Sequence record: NC_031043.1
Strand: one strand, 5' to 3'
Length of the DNA stretch: 64,000 bases
Below, piece after piece: positions 1 to 9,503 of the stretch. Within the stretch, counting starts at the first letter, position 1, and every line of letters starts with the position of its first letter. The notes under the pieces were generated by a model. The model did no database searches. It worked only from the letters and a program-made list of their open reading frames with translations, and had not been told where the DNA came from. A program made the translations under genes and the position numbers.

Positions 1-453
1 ATGAAAACGAAAATTATTATCAAGGGTATGGAAGTGGAAGCTGACGAAATGGTCGGCACTTCCGCCGGTAACATGGATGACAAGCTGGCCGACGCGATAC
101 GGAATCAGCTAGATAATCACCCAGACATGAAAATCAACAGTATCATCATCGCAACCTCGAAATCCATCGCCAAGGATGACCCCACCCCACTGATGTCTAC
201 CTCCTTCTGGTTCTCAGAAGAAGTGCTGGTCATTGGGGACGTAGGTAGTTTGTTGTTTGGAGGCATCATTCCGTTATCTACCAATGGCATACCCGTAAGC
301 TACGGCAGCGGGGAAATCTCCAACCACGTCATTTTGTGGAAACGGGACAGTTACATTAACTGTTACGATTTAAAGCTAGACAGCATGTACCGCGAGCTGA
401 TTTGCAATTACTTCCGCACACTCATTAACAACACCCTTTCAATCACAGAATAA
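1..453 (+). CDS. hypothetical protein
   Basis: 150-aa ORF, first of a tightly packed + strand run; the upstream context lies outside the window. Confidence 0.6.
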   Translation: MKTKIIIKGMEVEADEMVGTSAGNMDDKLADAIRNQLDNHPDMKINSIIIATSKSIAKDDPTPLMSTSFWFSEEVLVIGDVGSLLFGGIIPLSTNGIPVSYGSGEISNHVILWKRDSYINCYDLKLDSMYRELICNYFRTLINNTLSITE

Positions 454-466
454 TTGGAGCTATCAG

Positions 467-958
467 ATGACCGCTATCTTAACGCACGTCACCCCCGACG
501 GGGAAGAACATCCGCTTTTACCTTTTGCTAAGTTGCAAGGGAATTACAGCGACCACCAAGTCATGTTCGACCTTCCATGGCAGCTGGTGAATAACATGAC
601 TGCGATGGAAACCAACGGCCTGATGGATTTAACCAAATACAACTTCGTGTTCATTCACGAATATCGTCGTTGGGATGACCGGGTCGGGGATGAGACGTTT
701 AATGATGTCTCTATTACGATGTTTGGTTCGAATGAGAACTTAGCGATTCGTAATATCAAATCTCCAGACGAAGGGTACTCGTACTCTTTTGAAGAGAACG
801 GTGGGTTAGACGGTAGCGTGTGGGGGTTAACTCACCACGACGGACAACCGATTATCCAATCGATTAGTCGTAGCCCGGGGCCTTACGTGAAGCCGGGCTA
901 TTTGATTCAAGCGTTCGACCACATTTTAAACGGTATGAAAAAGCAGGCAAGGGGCTAA
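467..958 (+). CDS. hypothetical protein
   Basis: 163 aa; GGAG SD at about 456; packed operon. Confidence 0.7.
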   Translation: MTAILTHVTPDGEEHPLLPFAKLQGNYSDHQVMFDLPWQLVNNMTAMETNGLMDLTKYNFVFIHEYRRWDDRVGDETFNDVSITMFGSNENLAIRNIKSPDEGYSYSFEENGGLDGSVWGLTHHDGQPIIQSISRSPGPYVKPGYLIQAFDHILNGMKKQARG

Positions 959-959
959 C

Positions 960-1460
960 ATGTTAAGAATTTTCACCGTAGAAGGTCAGGAGCTGAAACT
1001 GACCGTAGACGCTGCCGCGGACTTCCGTTCCATGATTGCCATGGAAAAGCAAATTGCAACCTCGGTCTTCCGAGTGTTGGAAGTCGCGTTAGAGTCTCGC
1101 TCGATTATTGAAGACATCCAGAACATCGTGATGTTGGAAACGCTCGGGCTGGATAAACTCGGTACCGTACACATGACTTACCACATGGGGTTCAATCTTC
1201 CGGTCACTTCTGTCAAAGAGTTACACGCCGCACAGTTGGACATGGAAAATAAAACCGCCATCACAGGTAAGGTCGAACAGGTCGATGTTGACCTCGTGCG
1301 TTTCCGCCGTTTTATCCTCGTGAAGCCAAAATCGATTGATGCCCAAAACGTCAACGGTAATCAGTTTGACGAAACGTTGGCAACGCGAATGCAAGCCCTG
1401 CTCAACGAGTACAAGGGCAAATACCCAGACCGTCCTACCGTGGCGAAGAAACTCGCTTAA
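960..1460 (+). CDS. hypothetical protein
   Basis: 166 aa; starts 1 nt after the previous stop. Confidence 0.7.
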   Translation: MLRIFTVEGQELKLTVDAAADFRSMIAMEKQIATSVFRVLEVALESRSIIEDIQNIVMLETLGLDKLGTVHMTYHMGFNLPVTSVKELHAAQLDMENKTAITGKVEQVDVDLVRFRRFILVKPKSIDAQNVNGNQFDETLATRMQALLNEYKGKYPDRPTVAKKLA

Positions 1461-1472
1461 CTTCAGCGTGGG

Positions 1473-1500
1473 TTTTTTACAAGCCCACCGTTTATTATAC
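1473..1500 (+). promoter_or_regulatory. weak candidate middle promoter (TTTTTTAC-N15-TATAC)
   Basis: Matches the spacing of the repeated motif but ends in C rather than G. Confidence 0.35.
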
Positions 1501-1522
1501 ATACAACGCACAGGATATTTTC

Positions 1523-2455
1523 ATGAGTTACGCAGAACAAGAACTTCGCCGCATCGGCATCACCGGTTCTTTGCTTGACAGCATTTTACCGATTTCCATC
1601 ATGGACGACGATGTTCGTTTAGAGAACGGCGAGCGCTCTGCCGCGGTCCGCAAATCAATTGAGCAGTTCGTTGAAGCCATCCTTCGTGGTTCACCGGCGC
1701 ACCAGATTCTGGTCAGTCACAAAGTAGTCGGCAACAAAACGGAAATCCATTATGCGCCAAACACGTCATGTTATTTAGACTTGGGCGGGTATGTTATTTC
1801 TGAAGGTATCGTTGTGCCGACTATCGACGTGGCCATTCTGTTCTCCCAGTGCATTAAGACGTACCTCGAAGACAACATGCCAAAACTGTTGTTAACCGAT
1901 GACGGCCTTCTGCAGTTTGACCTTACGCTGGTAAAATCCGCCCGGGCATTGATTCGTACCGCAGTACCGCCGGTTCAGGATGTCACGGTTGAAGATAACC
2001 TGAAAATGATTATGGCGTGGGTAAAGGCCGTTCTTTTAATTAAGAAAGGCGTGCCTAATTTGGAAGCGGGTGACTCCTGGGAAAAGAGCCGTTTTCAGTT
2101 AGGACAGCATATCCCGTCAGAACGTGTGTGGGATAACTACAAGGTGATGCTCAGCGACATCCTTCCGTTCCAGGGTGAAACACGCATCGTCGATTCATTT
2201 GTTCGTTTATCTGACTGCCCAGATGTCCCGCCTCCGGTTCAGTTCTACTTTAAAGACGTGTACGGTGAAATCTTTAACCTGCACAACATGAGCCGTGTTT
2301 CCAGTGGTGCGTGGCACAGCCGTGATGGTGCGTTCGGTTATGAATACCTAACAGTCTGTCTGGATAACACCATGTTCCTGAACGTTCACGACGACGCTGT
2401 ACTCCTGAGCGAATTATCCACATGCATCGCAAACCTCTACCCTCAAGGGAACTAA
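1523..2455 (+). CDS. hypothetical protein
   Basis: 310 aa; AGGA SD; no recognisable motif. Confidence 0.7.
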   Translation: MSYAEQELRRIGITGSLLDSILPISIMDDDVRLENGERSAAVRKSIEQFVEAILRGSPAHQILVSHKVVGNKTEIHYAPNTSCYLDLGGYVISEGIVVPTIDVAILFSQCIKTYLEDNMPKLLLTDDGLLQFDLTLVKSARALIRTAVPPVQDVTVEDNLKMIMAWVKAVLLIKKGVPNLEAGDSWEKSRFQLGQHIPSERVWDNYKVMLSDILPFQGETRIVDSFVRLSDCPDVPPPVQFYFKDVYGEIFNLHNMSRVSSGAWHSRDGAFGYEYLTVCLDNTMFLNVHDDAVLLSELSTCIANLYPQGN

Positions 2456-2458
2456 ACC

Positions 2459-3358
2459 ATGACCTGCAAATCTTTCGAGATGTACCGTAACTATTATAAC
2501 CGTGGTGATGCACAAGCAACCGCTAAAATTCGTAACGCTGCTCGCCTGATGGTGGCCATTGCATTCGGTCAGCCGATTCTGGTAATCGGTGAAGACGACC
2601 AGAACGTCGAAGTTCCGTTGACTGAAACTGTAGCAACTGGCGGTTTACTGCCGCGTTTCCAGAACCGTACCAAAGTGTGCGAGCTGGACAACGTGTTCCT
2701 GATTCCGAAAGCCCTGCGTGAATGGCGTGACCACCCGAACTATCTGGACTACAACCTGCGTAATGCGATCGAACAGTTTAATCAGGTTCACATTCAGTGT
2801 TTCCTGCGTGCGTTCAATCAGTTCTTCAAACGTGCGGAAAACAGCCGCATGGATATTGAAGTTCATCACGGTGAAATGGTGGTTACTGACTTGGCGGGTT
2901 TACAGACCGCTGCCCGTGAATGGCTGGACGCGTTCCGTGAGTCTGAGTTCTACGATGCGGATGAAGCATCAATGAACCTGCAGCGTGATATCACCACCTA
3001 CATCGGATTCGTAGAAAACGGTGTACTGGATGAGCACGAGCGTACTCACACGCTGAAGTCTGCCCATCTGTATTTCATGCGTTTGTTCCGCTGGCTGCCA
3101 CTGGCGGAGAAAGACGATGCGGTTGAGTTCTTCGACCAAACCAAAGAAGAGAATCTCGAGTTCGTTGACGAGATGGTGAGTGACTGGCCTCAGGTCTGGC
3201 CATGTACGTTGAGCGAAGACCCGGACGATTTATTCGACCGTCAATTCCCAATCGTCACAACCAGCAAAACAATCGGCGCGTTCGGTAACGATGCCAACGG
3301 TAGCTACTCAGTCTACCTGCCGCGTCACGTTATCGCGTCCTATCTGTTCACCTGCTAA
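2459..3358 (+). CDS. hypothetical protein
   Basis: 299 aa; host-optimal codons; followed by a terminator. Confidence 0.75.
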   Translation: MTCKSFEMYRNYYNRGDAQATAKIRNAARLMVAIAFGQPILVIGEDDQNVEVPLTETVATGGLLPRFQNRTKVCELDNVFLIPKALREWRDHPNYLDYNLRNAIEQFNQVHIQCFLRAFNQFFKRAENSRMDIEVHHGEMVVTDLAGLQTAAREWLDAFRESEFYDADEASMNLQRDITTYIGFVENGVLDEHERTHTLKSAHLYFMRLFRWLPLAEKDDAVEFFDQTKEENLEFVDEMVSDWPQVWPCTLSEDPDDLFDRQFPIVTTSKTIGAFGNDANGSYSVYLPRHVIASYLFTC

Positions 3359-3364
3359 AACCTT

Positions 3365-3400
3365 AAGGTCCCCACTTCGGTGGGGTTCCTTTATTTTTTT
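3365..3400 (+). terminator. intrinsic terminator
   Basis: CCCCAC-TTCG-GTGGGG hairpin followed by a T tract. Confidence 0.85.
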
Positions 3401-3425
3401 ATGAAGTGGTCTGCAATTACACACA

Positions 3426-3453
3426 TTTTTTACGGATTAGGTGAATGATATAG
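3426..3453 (+). promoter_or_regulatory. middle-type promoter TTTTTTAC-N15-TATAG
   Basis: Repeated bipartite motif with fixed 15-nt spacer. Confidence 0.65.
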
Positions 3454-3469
3454 CAGAAGGAGCGGATTC

Positions 3470-3850
3470 GTGGAAAAGAACTTGTTTGACTACTTTAGTG
3501 CCGGTGAGATGCCGAGAGAGATACAGGGCAATGTGGAAAGGTTTGGCACCTTCCTGACATTCCTTATTTCATCCCCTCACTTCAAAAAATACTCTGAAGA
3601 CTTGACCCTCGTCGATGAAGCGGGACATTTCTTTTTACCGTCAGTTTTGAAAAGCCGTTCCGCAATCACCCCCGTTGATGTGCGAGCCGCAATTAAAAAT
3701 CAGAACCATTTAGATTATCTGTTACGGTCTATGGTGGATGTGTTGATTCGTGGGGAGGATTCCTATGAGTCGGTATTTGCCGCGATGTTTGATTACTACT
3801 ATACCGTCCGTAACTATTCCCTCGATATTCGACTGGATATCGTTCACTAA
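3470..3850 (+). CDS. hypothetical protein
   Basis: 126 aa; GTG start with AAGGAG SD. Confidence 0.7.
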   Translation: MEKNLFDYFSAGEMPREIQGNVERFGTFLTFLISSPHFKKYSEDLTLVDEAGHFFLPSVLKSRSAITPVDVRAAIKNQNHLDYLLRSMVDVLIRGEDSYESVFAAMFDYYYTVRNYSLDIRLDIVH

Positions 3851-3871
3851 CTTCCGCGTGAGGAGAAAACA

Positions 3872-4255
3872 ATGGGTAGAAAGATTAGCCCGGTGGATGT
3901 GGTTCGACTCCACCCGGATGACCTCGTAAATATTCGTCCAACCAGTACGCTTGACGAGAACTTGCTCAGCGGTATCGAGTGGGGGTTTGCTTTGCATCCT
4001 GATGAGGTGCGCAATACCGTTCCCATGAACCTGAGCGAACCGGTCGAGATTGATTGGGGGTCTAAAGAAGGGTTTGATGATGTCGTCAAAGCAATTAACG
4101 ATATGACGGTAAGTTGTCATGCGTTGCCAATTGCTGGTCCGGCAGAACACTTAATCTCACTTCGTCGTTTCATTAACGCCCAACCTGAAGTGGTGCGTAA
4201 CGGCGAAGCGTGGCAGTGTGGTGCGACCTGTCACCTTAAAGCAGTATTAAGCTAA
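3872..4255 (+). CDS. hypothetical protein
   Basis: 127 aa; GAGGAG SD. Confidence 0.7.
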   Translation: MGRKISPVDVVRLHPDDLVNIRPTSTLDENLLSGIEWGFALHPDEVRNTVPMNLSEPVEIDWGSKEGFDDVVKAINDMTVSCHALPIAGPAEHLISLRRFINAQPEVVRNGEAWQCGATCHLKAVLS

Positions 4256-4257
4256 TG

Positions 4258-4310
4258 AAAAAAAGATAACCTACCGCCCACAAGGGAGCGGTAGGGATTC
4301 TTTATTTTTT
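4258..4310. terminator. bidirectional terminator between convergent genes
   Basis: CCTACCGC...GCGGTAGG stem (4270-4295) with an A tract before and a T tract after. Confidence 0.8.
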
Positions 4311-5121
4311 ATGCGCTGAAGCGGCCAGCAGAACGATAGTTGTCACGGTTACCTTGGTCATCGTTGTGTACCAGAGCACGTTTACAGACCAGCAGTTGGT
4401 CATCATACGACTCACCCGCGTCACGATACTCTTCAACGAAGTCCTTGAACTTATCAAATGACACACCGTTTTCTAAACGGGCAATATCCAAGTCCAGAGA
4501 CAAGTTATTGTAGATGTGCTGTTTGGTTGCCCATGTGGCTAGCTGTGCAATCGCTGGATAGAATGGAGGTTTGATTTCATTCAGTTCCTGCGAGAACATG
4601 GTACGGACTTTCAAACGTGTCCCGTACTGGAACATCCCCGGGTCTTTCACGGATACGGTGTTGGGGCCGAGTACCACCACTTCTTCAGAGGTCAGACGAG
4701 GTTGTGCCGAGTGTGAGTTAATAACCAGCTCAGCCCCTGCAACTACCCCTGAAGCAGAACCGGTCAAGTACGAACCTGCTGGGGGTATAGTGTACGCCTG
4801 TCCGGCAATTGGGGTACCGACTAAGTGTGCCGCAATAATATCGAGACCCCCAGTACGCGTCTCATCTATGTGGTAGATTCGGGTGAACTGGTCGTTAGGT
4901 GAGTTCTCATACGGCAAGCCGGTGAGGTCGATTTCTTTAAGTTGACCAAACTGGGAAAGGTCAGGGATAACGATGTCTTTCATGACCTTTTCAACAATCT
5001 GATTTTCAATAGAAGCAGGAGCACCGAAAAGGCGCTGTCCTGGTTCAATGAAAGTGGCGTCCAGAATCTGTTTAGGAATCTTTCGACGTATCATTCTGAG
5101 GCATGCATCAATGGCACTCAT
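4309..5121 (-). CDS. conserved virion protein, T4 gp13-like neck/head-completion candidate
   Basis: C-terminal LATWATKQHIYNNL...RLENGVSF resembles the gp13 segment (ALxKxQWGxNL...LPGGV) by eye; TATG late motif upstream on the minus strand (5153-5156). Confidence 0.5.
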   Translation of the reverse strand: MSAIDACLRMIRRKIPKQILDATFIEPGQRLFGAPASIENQIVEKVMKDIVIPDLSQFGQLKEIDLTGLPYENSPNDQFTRIYHIDETRTGGLDIIAAHLVGTPIAGQAYTIPPAGSYLTGSASGVVAGAELVINSHSAQPRLTSEEVVVLGPNTVSVKDPGMFQYGTRLKVRTMFSQELNEIKPPFYPAIAQLATWATKQHIYNNLSLDLDIARLENGVSFDKFKDFVEEYRDAGESYDDQLLVCKRALVHNDDQGNRDNYRSAGRFSA

Positions 5122-5190
5122 TTTAAGCTCCTGGAATACGTTACAAGCGGTTCATAGCAATGGAGTAGCCCTACCCCACGCATAGCAACT

Positions 5191-5217
5191 TTTTTTACAT
5201 TACCGTCCCATTCTTTG
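5191..5217 (+). promoter_or_regulatory. middle-type promoter TTTTTTAC-N15-TTTG
   Basis: Repeated motif with the same spacing. Confidence 0.55.
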
Positions 5218-5243
5218 GGGGTTAAACCAATCTAATTAGAAAC

Positions 5244-5253
5244 ATATATTATC
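5244..5253 (+). promoter_or_regulatory. early-type promoter element ATATATTATC
   Basis: Resembles the phiKZ early consensus TATATTAC and other copies in this window. Confidence 0.5.
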
Positions 5254-5285
5254 TGTTGGAAGCAGTGCATATGTGGAGTTTTTCT

Positions 5286-5633
5286 ATGGCTGAGTATATC
5301 TTGTATTTACCCCCGGACGAATTGATGGTCGAAGCAAAACGCCACCACGTACGTGAACTGTCGCTGGTGAGTTTGGCGCAGGCGATTGAGGAACTTATCT
5401 ATCCGGGGCGTCACATGGATGTTTGTGGCGCGTATAACAGTTTAGCCGAAGCGTTCTTTGCAAGCGACTTATGGTGGGTCATCTCCATCATTTGTCAAGA
5501 TTCGCTTCTGTATTTCAAAGAGAAAAATGGAGCACTAATCGCATGTTCAACTTTAAATTCTACCCAGCTGACATACATGGTTGGTTCTGGGATGCGGTCG
5601 CGGAATCTGGTTATGCAGACACGCTACGCATGA
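5286..5633 (+). CDS. hypothetical protein
   Basis: ATG at 5286 with GGAG SD; first gene of a coupled small-gene operon. Confidence 0.6.
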   Translation: MAEYILYLPPDELMVEAKRHHVRELSLVSLAQAIEELIYPGRHMDVCGAYNSLAEAFFASDLWWVISIICQDSLLYFKEKNGALIACSTLNSTQLTYMVGSGMRSRNLVMQTRYA

Positions 5634-6151
5634 GAACACGTGAACAAGAGCAGATGACGGTTGACATGCTTAACTGTGCGCTCTTTGATATCTTTAAATC
5701 AGTTGAGCAAGTACCGAACTTTTCTTACGATGTGTTACTGAGTCGTTACATTGACCCAGTGAAGCTTTACGACAAAATGCGGGCAGTCAAAGATGTATAC
5801 CCATCCCGTGAAATTATTATTCGCACGGAACGCGAGAATTTATTCGACCCTACTTCCCCGTTGGTAAATGTTCCCGTAGTTATTACAACGCGTCCCAATG
5901 ATACGGAGCTGGCGTACATTGCATTCAAGGATGCGTATCGGAAGTTCCGAGATAAGGTTGAGTTAATGATTCGTCGAGCTACCGGTGAGCAGTTTAACCG
6001 TTACGCGATTGTTACTTTAACCATTACTGACGACCAGCTTGGCCGTGTTCGCTCAATAGACATTAAGTTACAGGGCGACATACGTCTGCGTTATTACATG
6101 GAACAATTCCCAGATGGCCGATTTGACAGCGGAAAGGGTGGTGGGCATTGA
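5543..6151 (+). CDS. hypothetical protein
   Basis: Start either 5543 (GGAG at 5529) or 5630 (ATGA overlap with the previous stop). Confidence 0.65.
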   Translation: MFNFKFYPADIHGWFWDAVAESGYADTLRMRTREQEQMTVDMLNCALFDIFKSVEQVPNFSYDVLLSRYIDPVKLYDKMRAVKDVYPSREIIIRTERENLFDPTSPLVNVPVVITTRPNDTELAYIAFKDAYRKFRDKVELMIRRATGEQFNRYAIVTLTITDDQLGRVRSIDIKLQGDIRLRYYMEQFPDGRFDSGKGGGH

Positions 6152-6521
6152 TGTCATTCTAACCACTGCCTGGACAAACATAATCTTACGCGACGACGAG
6201 CGCGACTATCATTGGTTCTCAGCGTATCAACGGCAAGCAACGTTGAAGGATATTCTCTACGAGATGTTCCAGTACCTGTTGCCGTATTACAATGAGTTTG
6301 GCGTTTACGACTACAACGTGGCTAAATTGATTGTGACTTGTTATCGCCCGAAGTCAACCCGTGAGCATATCGAGCATATTGCAAACGAGCTCTACAAGGC
6401 GATGAGTAGCTCTTTCGGACTTCCGAGAGTAGGATACCGTATCCATTTCCGTGTTGATGGAAGATGTGTGCGGTTCTATCCGCGACTGTCGAGGAGGTAC
6501 GATGGTAAGTTTAGCGAATAA
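6114..6521 (+). CDS. hypothetical protein
   Basis: 135 aa; overlaps the previous gene by 38 nt. Confidence 0.65.
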   Translation: MADLTAERVVGIDVILTTAWTNIILRDDERDYHWFSAYQRQATLKDILYEMFQYLLPYYNEFGVYDYNVAKLIVTCYRPKSTREHIEHIANELYKAMSSSFGLPRVGYRIHFRVDGRCVRFYPRLSRRYDGKFSE

Positions 6522-6897
6522 AATTATTTATGTGGACTTGGCACCGATTTACACGTGGGTAGCCGAGTCTATGGAATCGGTCGGTGCGGATTCACCCATC
6601 TACTATTTAAAGGTGGGTGAGTACGACGGCCTGATTCAGCATATTGCATGGCTTGGCCTGTTAGTTCGGTCGGGTAGCGTATCTCGCTGCGCTGCGCAAA
6701 TTGCGCTGCAATGTAAGTTGCGGTCTCTCCGGCTAACAGGCCATACCTGTGCACAGCAGCAGCTTCTACGAGTGCATCTTGGCACTTCGCGAGAGTTCTT
6801 CCATGTTACACAGGAAACCTTCCCGCTGTCCATTAATCCAACAACACTGATAGCACCTGATACAGGAACTATCTGGGCCATTATTACAGGAGCTTAG
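6502..6897 (+). CDS. hypothetical protein
   Basis: ATG at 6502 after strong GAGGAGG SD. Confidence 0.7.
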   Translation: MVSLANKIIYVDLAPIYTWVAESMESVGADSPIYYLKVGEYDGLIQHIAWLGLLVRSGSVSRCAAQIALQCKLRSLRLTGHTCAQQQLLRVHLGTSREFFHVTQETFPLSINPTTLIAPDTGTIWAIITGA

Positions 6898-6898
6898 A

Positions 6899-7402
6899 AT
6901 GCAAAACACTAGCGATGAGTATTACATTATCCCTGATTATCAAATGTTGGTTGGTGAACTCACGGAATTCGACCCTGGCTCGTTACTGTCGGCAGTGTGC
7001 GAAGACGTGAATGTCATGCTCAACTACGTACTGATGCTGCAGGAAGACAACGACGAAATCCCAACTATGCTGGAAAATACCATGAAGTATATTCACAGCG
7101 AGATGGCGGAACGTAAAGTTATCCTGACCCAACAACAGGCTCTGCAGTACGGTGCGTTAGTTGGTAAGCTGGTACGGGCATACATCAGTGCGATTACCAG
7201 TACCTACTTCTGGTTCACTCGTCATGCTCAGTGGTTAGGTGCCCGTTACTGTGGTGACGGTTCTGGCTCAGTGGAATTCGTCCTGCGTTACGGCATGGTG
7301 AAACTGCCTGAGTACAATGACCCGGCTGTGGTGCGTGCACTGTCTCCTGAAGTTTCTACTAAGCTCGACCTGATTGCGGGGCGTTTGGGGGCTGATTTAT
7401 GA
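6899..7402 (+). CDS. hypothetical protein
   Basis: 167 aa; AGGAG SD; coupled to neighbours. Confidence 0.75.
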   Translation: MQNTSDEYYIIPDYQMLVGELTEFDPGSLLSAVCEDVNVMLNYVLMLQEDNDEIPTMLENTMKYIHSEMAERKVILTQQQALQYGALVGKLVRAYISAITSTYFWFTRHAQWLGARYCGDGSGSVEFVLRYGMVKLPEYNDPAVVRALSPEVSTKLDLIAGRLGADL

Positions 7403-7944
7403 GTCGAATTCTGTATCCGGTCATGGATGCGATTGCGGCTTACGGTGTCGAGAGCTTCGCGGCTCTCGTTCGCGAGAATCTTGTGACTGGACTGGAGAAT
7501 GTCCAAATCGAGATTCTCGATGACGCTAATTTTTATCGCACATTTACATTTGCGTACATTGCAGCGGCCATGACCGGTAACTCGCAAGACTTTGTCGAAG
7601 AACTCGGGGTCGATAATGTTGAGCCGTTAGACCTATACCCGAACATACCAGGTATAAAGACAGGGGCGTTTAGTTTTGATAATGACGAGGTGAGCGGCTT
7701 TAGCCTCGACTCTGAAATAAACGACTTAATCACCAACGATATTAACACGTGGGTGTTACCGTTCAGTTATAACAGCACCGAAGCGGACACAGTTGAAGTT
7801 GTGGCCAAGTGGATGGAGTTGTTAAATGTTGAACTGCTATCTGAAACGGGTATGGTCAGCGTGATACGTTCCATGTTCCCGGGTCGCTTCATTGACTATA
7901 AAGGCGTTGACCTTTACAGCATGGTCATCGAATGTGAACTATGA
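7399..7944 (+). CDS. hypothetical protein
   Basis: 181 aa, acidic; ATGA overlaps at both ends. Confidence 0.75.
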   Translation: MSRILYPVMDAIAAYGVESFAALVRENLVTGLENVQIEILDDANFYRTFTFAYIAAAMTGNSQDFVEELGVDNVEPLDLYPNIPGIKTGAFSFDNDEVSGFSLDSEINDLITNDINTWVLPFSYNSTEADTVEVVAKWMELLNVELLSETGMVSVIRSMFPGRFIDYKGVDLYSMVIECEL

Positions 7945-8378
7945 AATTAATCCTGACACTCGAGGACATCATCCCTTCTGATAACCTCAGAAGCGTCGGT
8001 GAGTTCTTGTTGAAAGAAGAGATGCGTGTGCCGGTGGTGCACGCGTTCTTTGTTGTTTTAGCCCAGCGTTTTATTTATAACCTCACCACGGATGCAGTAT
8101 GTGGCGAGGGTGAGTTTGCGTCGTACACATTTACACCCATCCGGTGCGCGCAGCTTGCGGTCATAATCAAAAGAATGTATCCCATGGATTCTGTCATCCC
8201 CATTAAACTGTTAGCCGCAGGTTGGGACGATTTCCAAGCTGACTACTTTCATTATGATAAAGTCACCAATGCTTTGAAGATGGGTGACATGCTCTATCAG
8301 AAAGATGTGGTGGTCGGCCAAGTGATTAATGGATTAGCGAATTCTATCATCACAGTGGAACGGTCCTTTTCATTATGA
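7941..8378 (+). CDS. hypothetical protein
   Basis: 145 aa; ATGA overlap. Confidence 0.7.
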   Translation: MKLILTLEDIIPSDNLRSVGEFLLKEEMRVPVVHAFFVVLAQRFIYNLTTDAVCGEGEFASYTFTPIRCAQLAVIIKRMYPMDSVIPIKLLAAGWDDFQADYFHYDKVTNALKMGDMLYQKDVVVGQVINGLANSIITVERSFSL

Positions 8379-8384
8379 CTTAAG

Positions 8385-8411
8385 TTTTTACATTTCACTT
8401 AACCTGTATAG
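8385..8411 (+). promoter_or_regulatory. middle-type promoter TTTTTAC-N15-TATAG
   Basis: Repeated motif with the same spacing. Confidence 0.65.
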
Positions 8412-8435
8412 ACGGGTTAACAGCAGAGGTCGAGG

Positions 8436-9044
8436 ATGAGTCAGTACAATATTGTTACGTGCGGGTTGGTTGCACCTGAACATGGAATTATCGGCTACCT
8501 CACCGGTGCTGAAACGTTCATGAGTTTAATGCAGCACTGGCAAGATCAGCTTAGTGGTTGCCTTGTGAGTGTTAGCAAAGCTGAATTGGAGTTCCTCGCG
8601 ACGGGTGAGGGGGAAGGCGAAGGAGAGTTGATTTCGCGAATGACGGATACGCTGGTTGAGAAACTGAACCCGTACCCCATTCCTAATCAATACCTTGCCC
8701 CGCTGGCCGAATTCCTGAAAGCGGTCTCTAATGAATACCGCCACTGGGAGTTTGAAGCCGCCATTGACTCTGGGCAGCGTCATGACGAATACACGGAAGG
8801 TCTGTGTATCATTCATCACCTCTACAAAGAAGGGATGATTAATGGCGAAATGAATCTCGTGCTAGTCATGTACTTTGCCGACCGGTTAGCCAGAGCGATA
8901 GCGACTGCAGTTTATACCTGTTATAAAGAACCGCTGACAGTTTTTATGAGCCGACACCCAAAAGATTTTAAGCATGCCATGCTGAAAGTTTCTTTAGGCA
9001 CCCCGGTGAGTAAATTTGCCATGTCGCTTACAATGGAGGAATAA
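8436..9044 (+). CDS. hypothetical protein
   Basis: 202 aa; GAGG SD. Confidence 0.7.
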   Translation: MSQYNIVTCGLVAPEHGIIGYLTGAETFMSLMQHWQDQLSGCLVSVSKAELEFLATGEGEGEGELISRMTDTLVEKLNPYPIPNQYLAPLAEFLKAVSNEYRHWEFEAAIDSGQRHDEYTEGLCIIHHLYKEGMINGEMNLVLVMYFADRLARAIATAVYTCYKEPLTVFMSRHPKDFKHAMLKVSLGTPVSKFAMSLTMEE

Positions 9045-9443
9045 ATGTTTGATATCAGTACGGTCGCCAATGGGACTGTCGTTAATATCACTTACGACAC
9101 CCCACTGCTCGGGCCTGAGAGTTATGTTGAAGTTCTCGGCACCTGTGGTTACAAAATGGCCAAAGATTATGAGGATGTGGATGCGCGCCATCAAAACATT
9201 TACTCCTCACTCGAAGCTGCTCCTGCGAATTCACTCAGCACGTACAACTTCCTTATCTTCCGAGATAAAGACGGTAATAAACGTGTCGCCGCAGATGCAT
9301 GGATTCGTGACGTCAAAGTGGTGAAGAAAATTAAAGCCCAGTGCACCATCGCGCTGGATAACGTTGATGAGATTGACTACATCCGTCGGGCACTCGCTAC
9401 ACGCGGCCTCAGTGATGTAGACATTCAAATCATCGAAGAATAA
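9045..9443 (+). CDS. hypothetical protein, possibly a conserved phiKZ gp49-like beta-barrel
   Basis: 132 aa; GGAGGA SD; position upstream of the polymerase as in phiKZ-like synteny (recalled, not searched). Confidence 0.6.
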   Translation: MFDISTVANGTVVNITYDTPLLGPESYVEVLGTCGYKMAKDYEDVDARHQNIYSSLEAAPANSLSTYNFLIFRDKDGNKRVAADAWIRDVKVVKKIKAQCTIALDNVDEIDYIRRALATRGLSDVDIQIIEE

Positions 9444-9470
9444 AAACGGGGCTTCGGCCCCTTTTCTTTT
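9444..9470 (+). terminator. intrinsic terminator
   Basis: GGGGC-TTCG-GCCCC followed by TTTTCTTTTT. Confidence 0.85.
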
Positions 9471-9503
9471 TGTAAGGCTATACACAGCAACCGGTATAAG
9501 ACA

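Noticed and set aside
1523-3358. ~300-aa ORFs as the tubulin PhuZ, based on size and position
   Set aside because: No GGTG or GGGSGS tubulin signature
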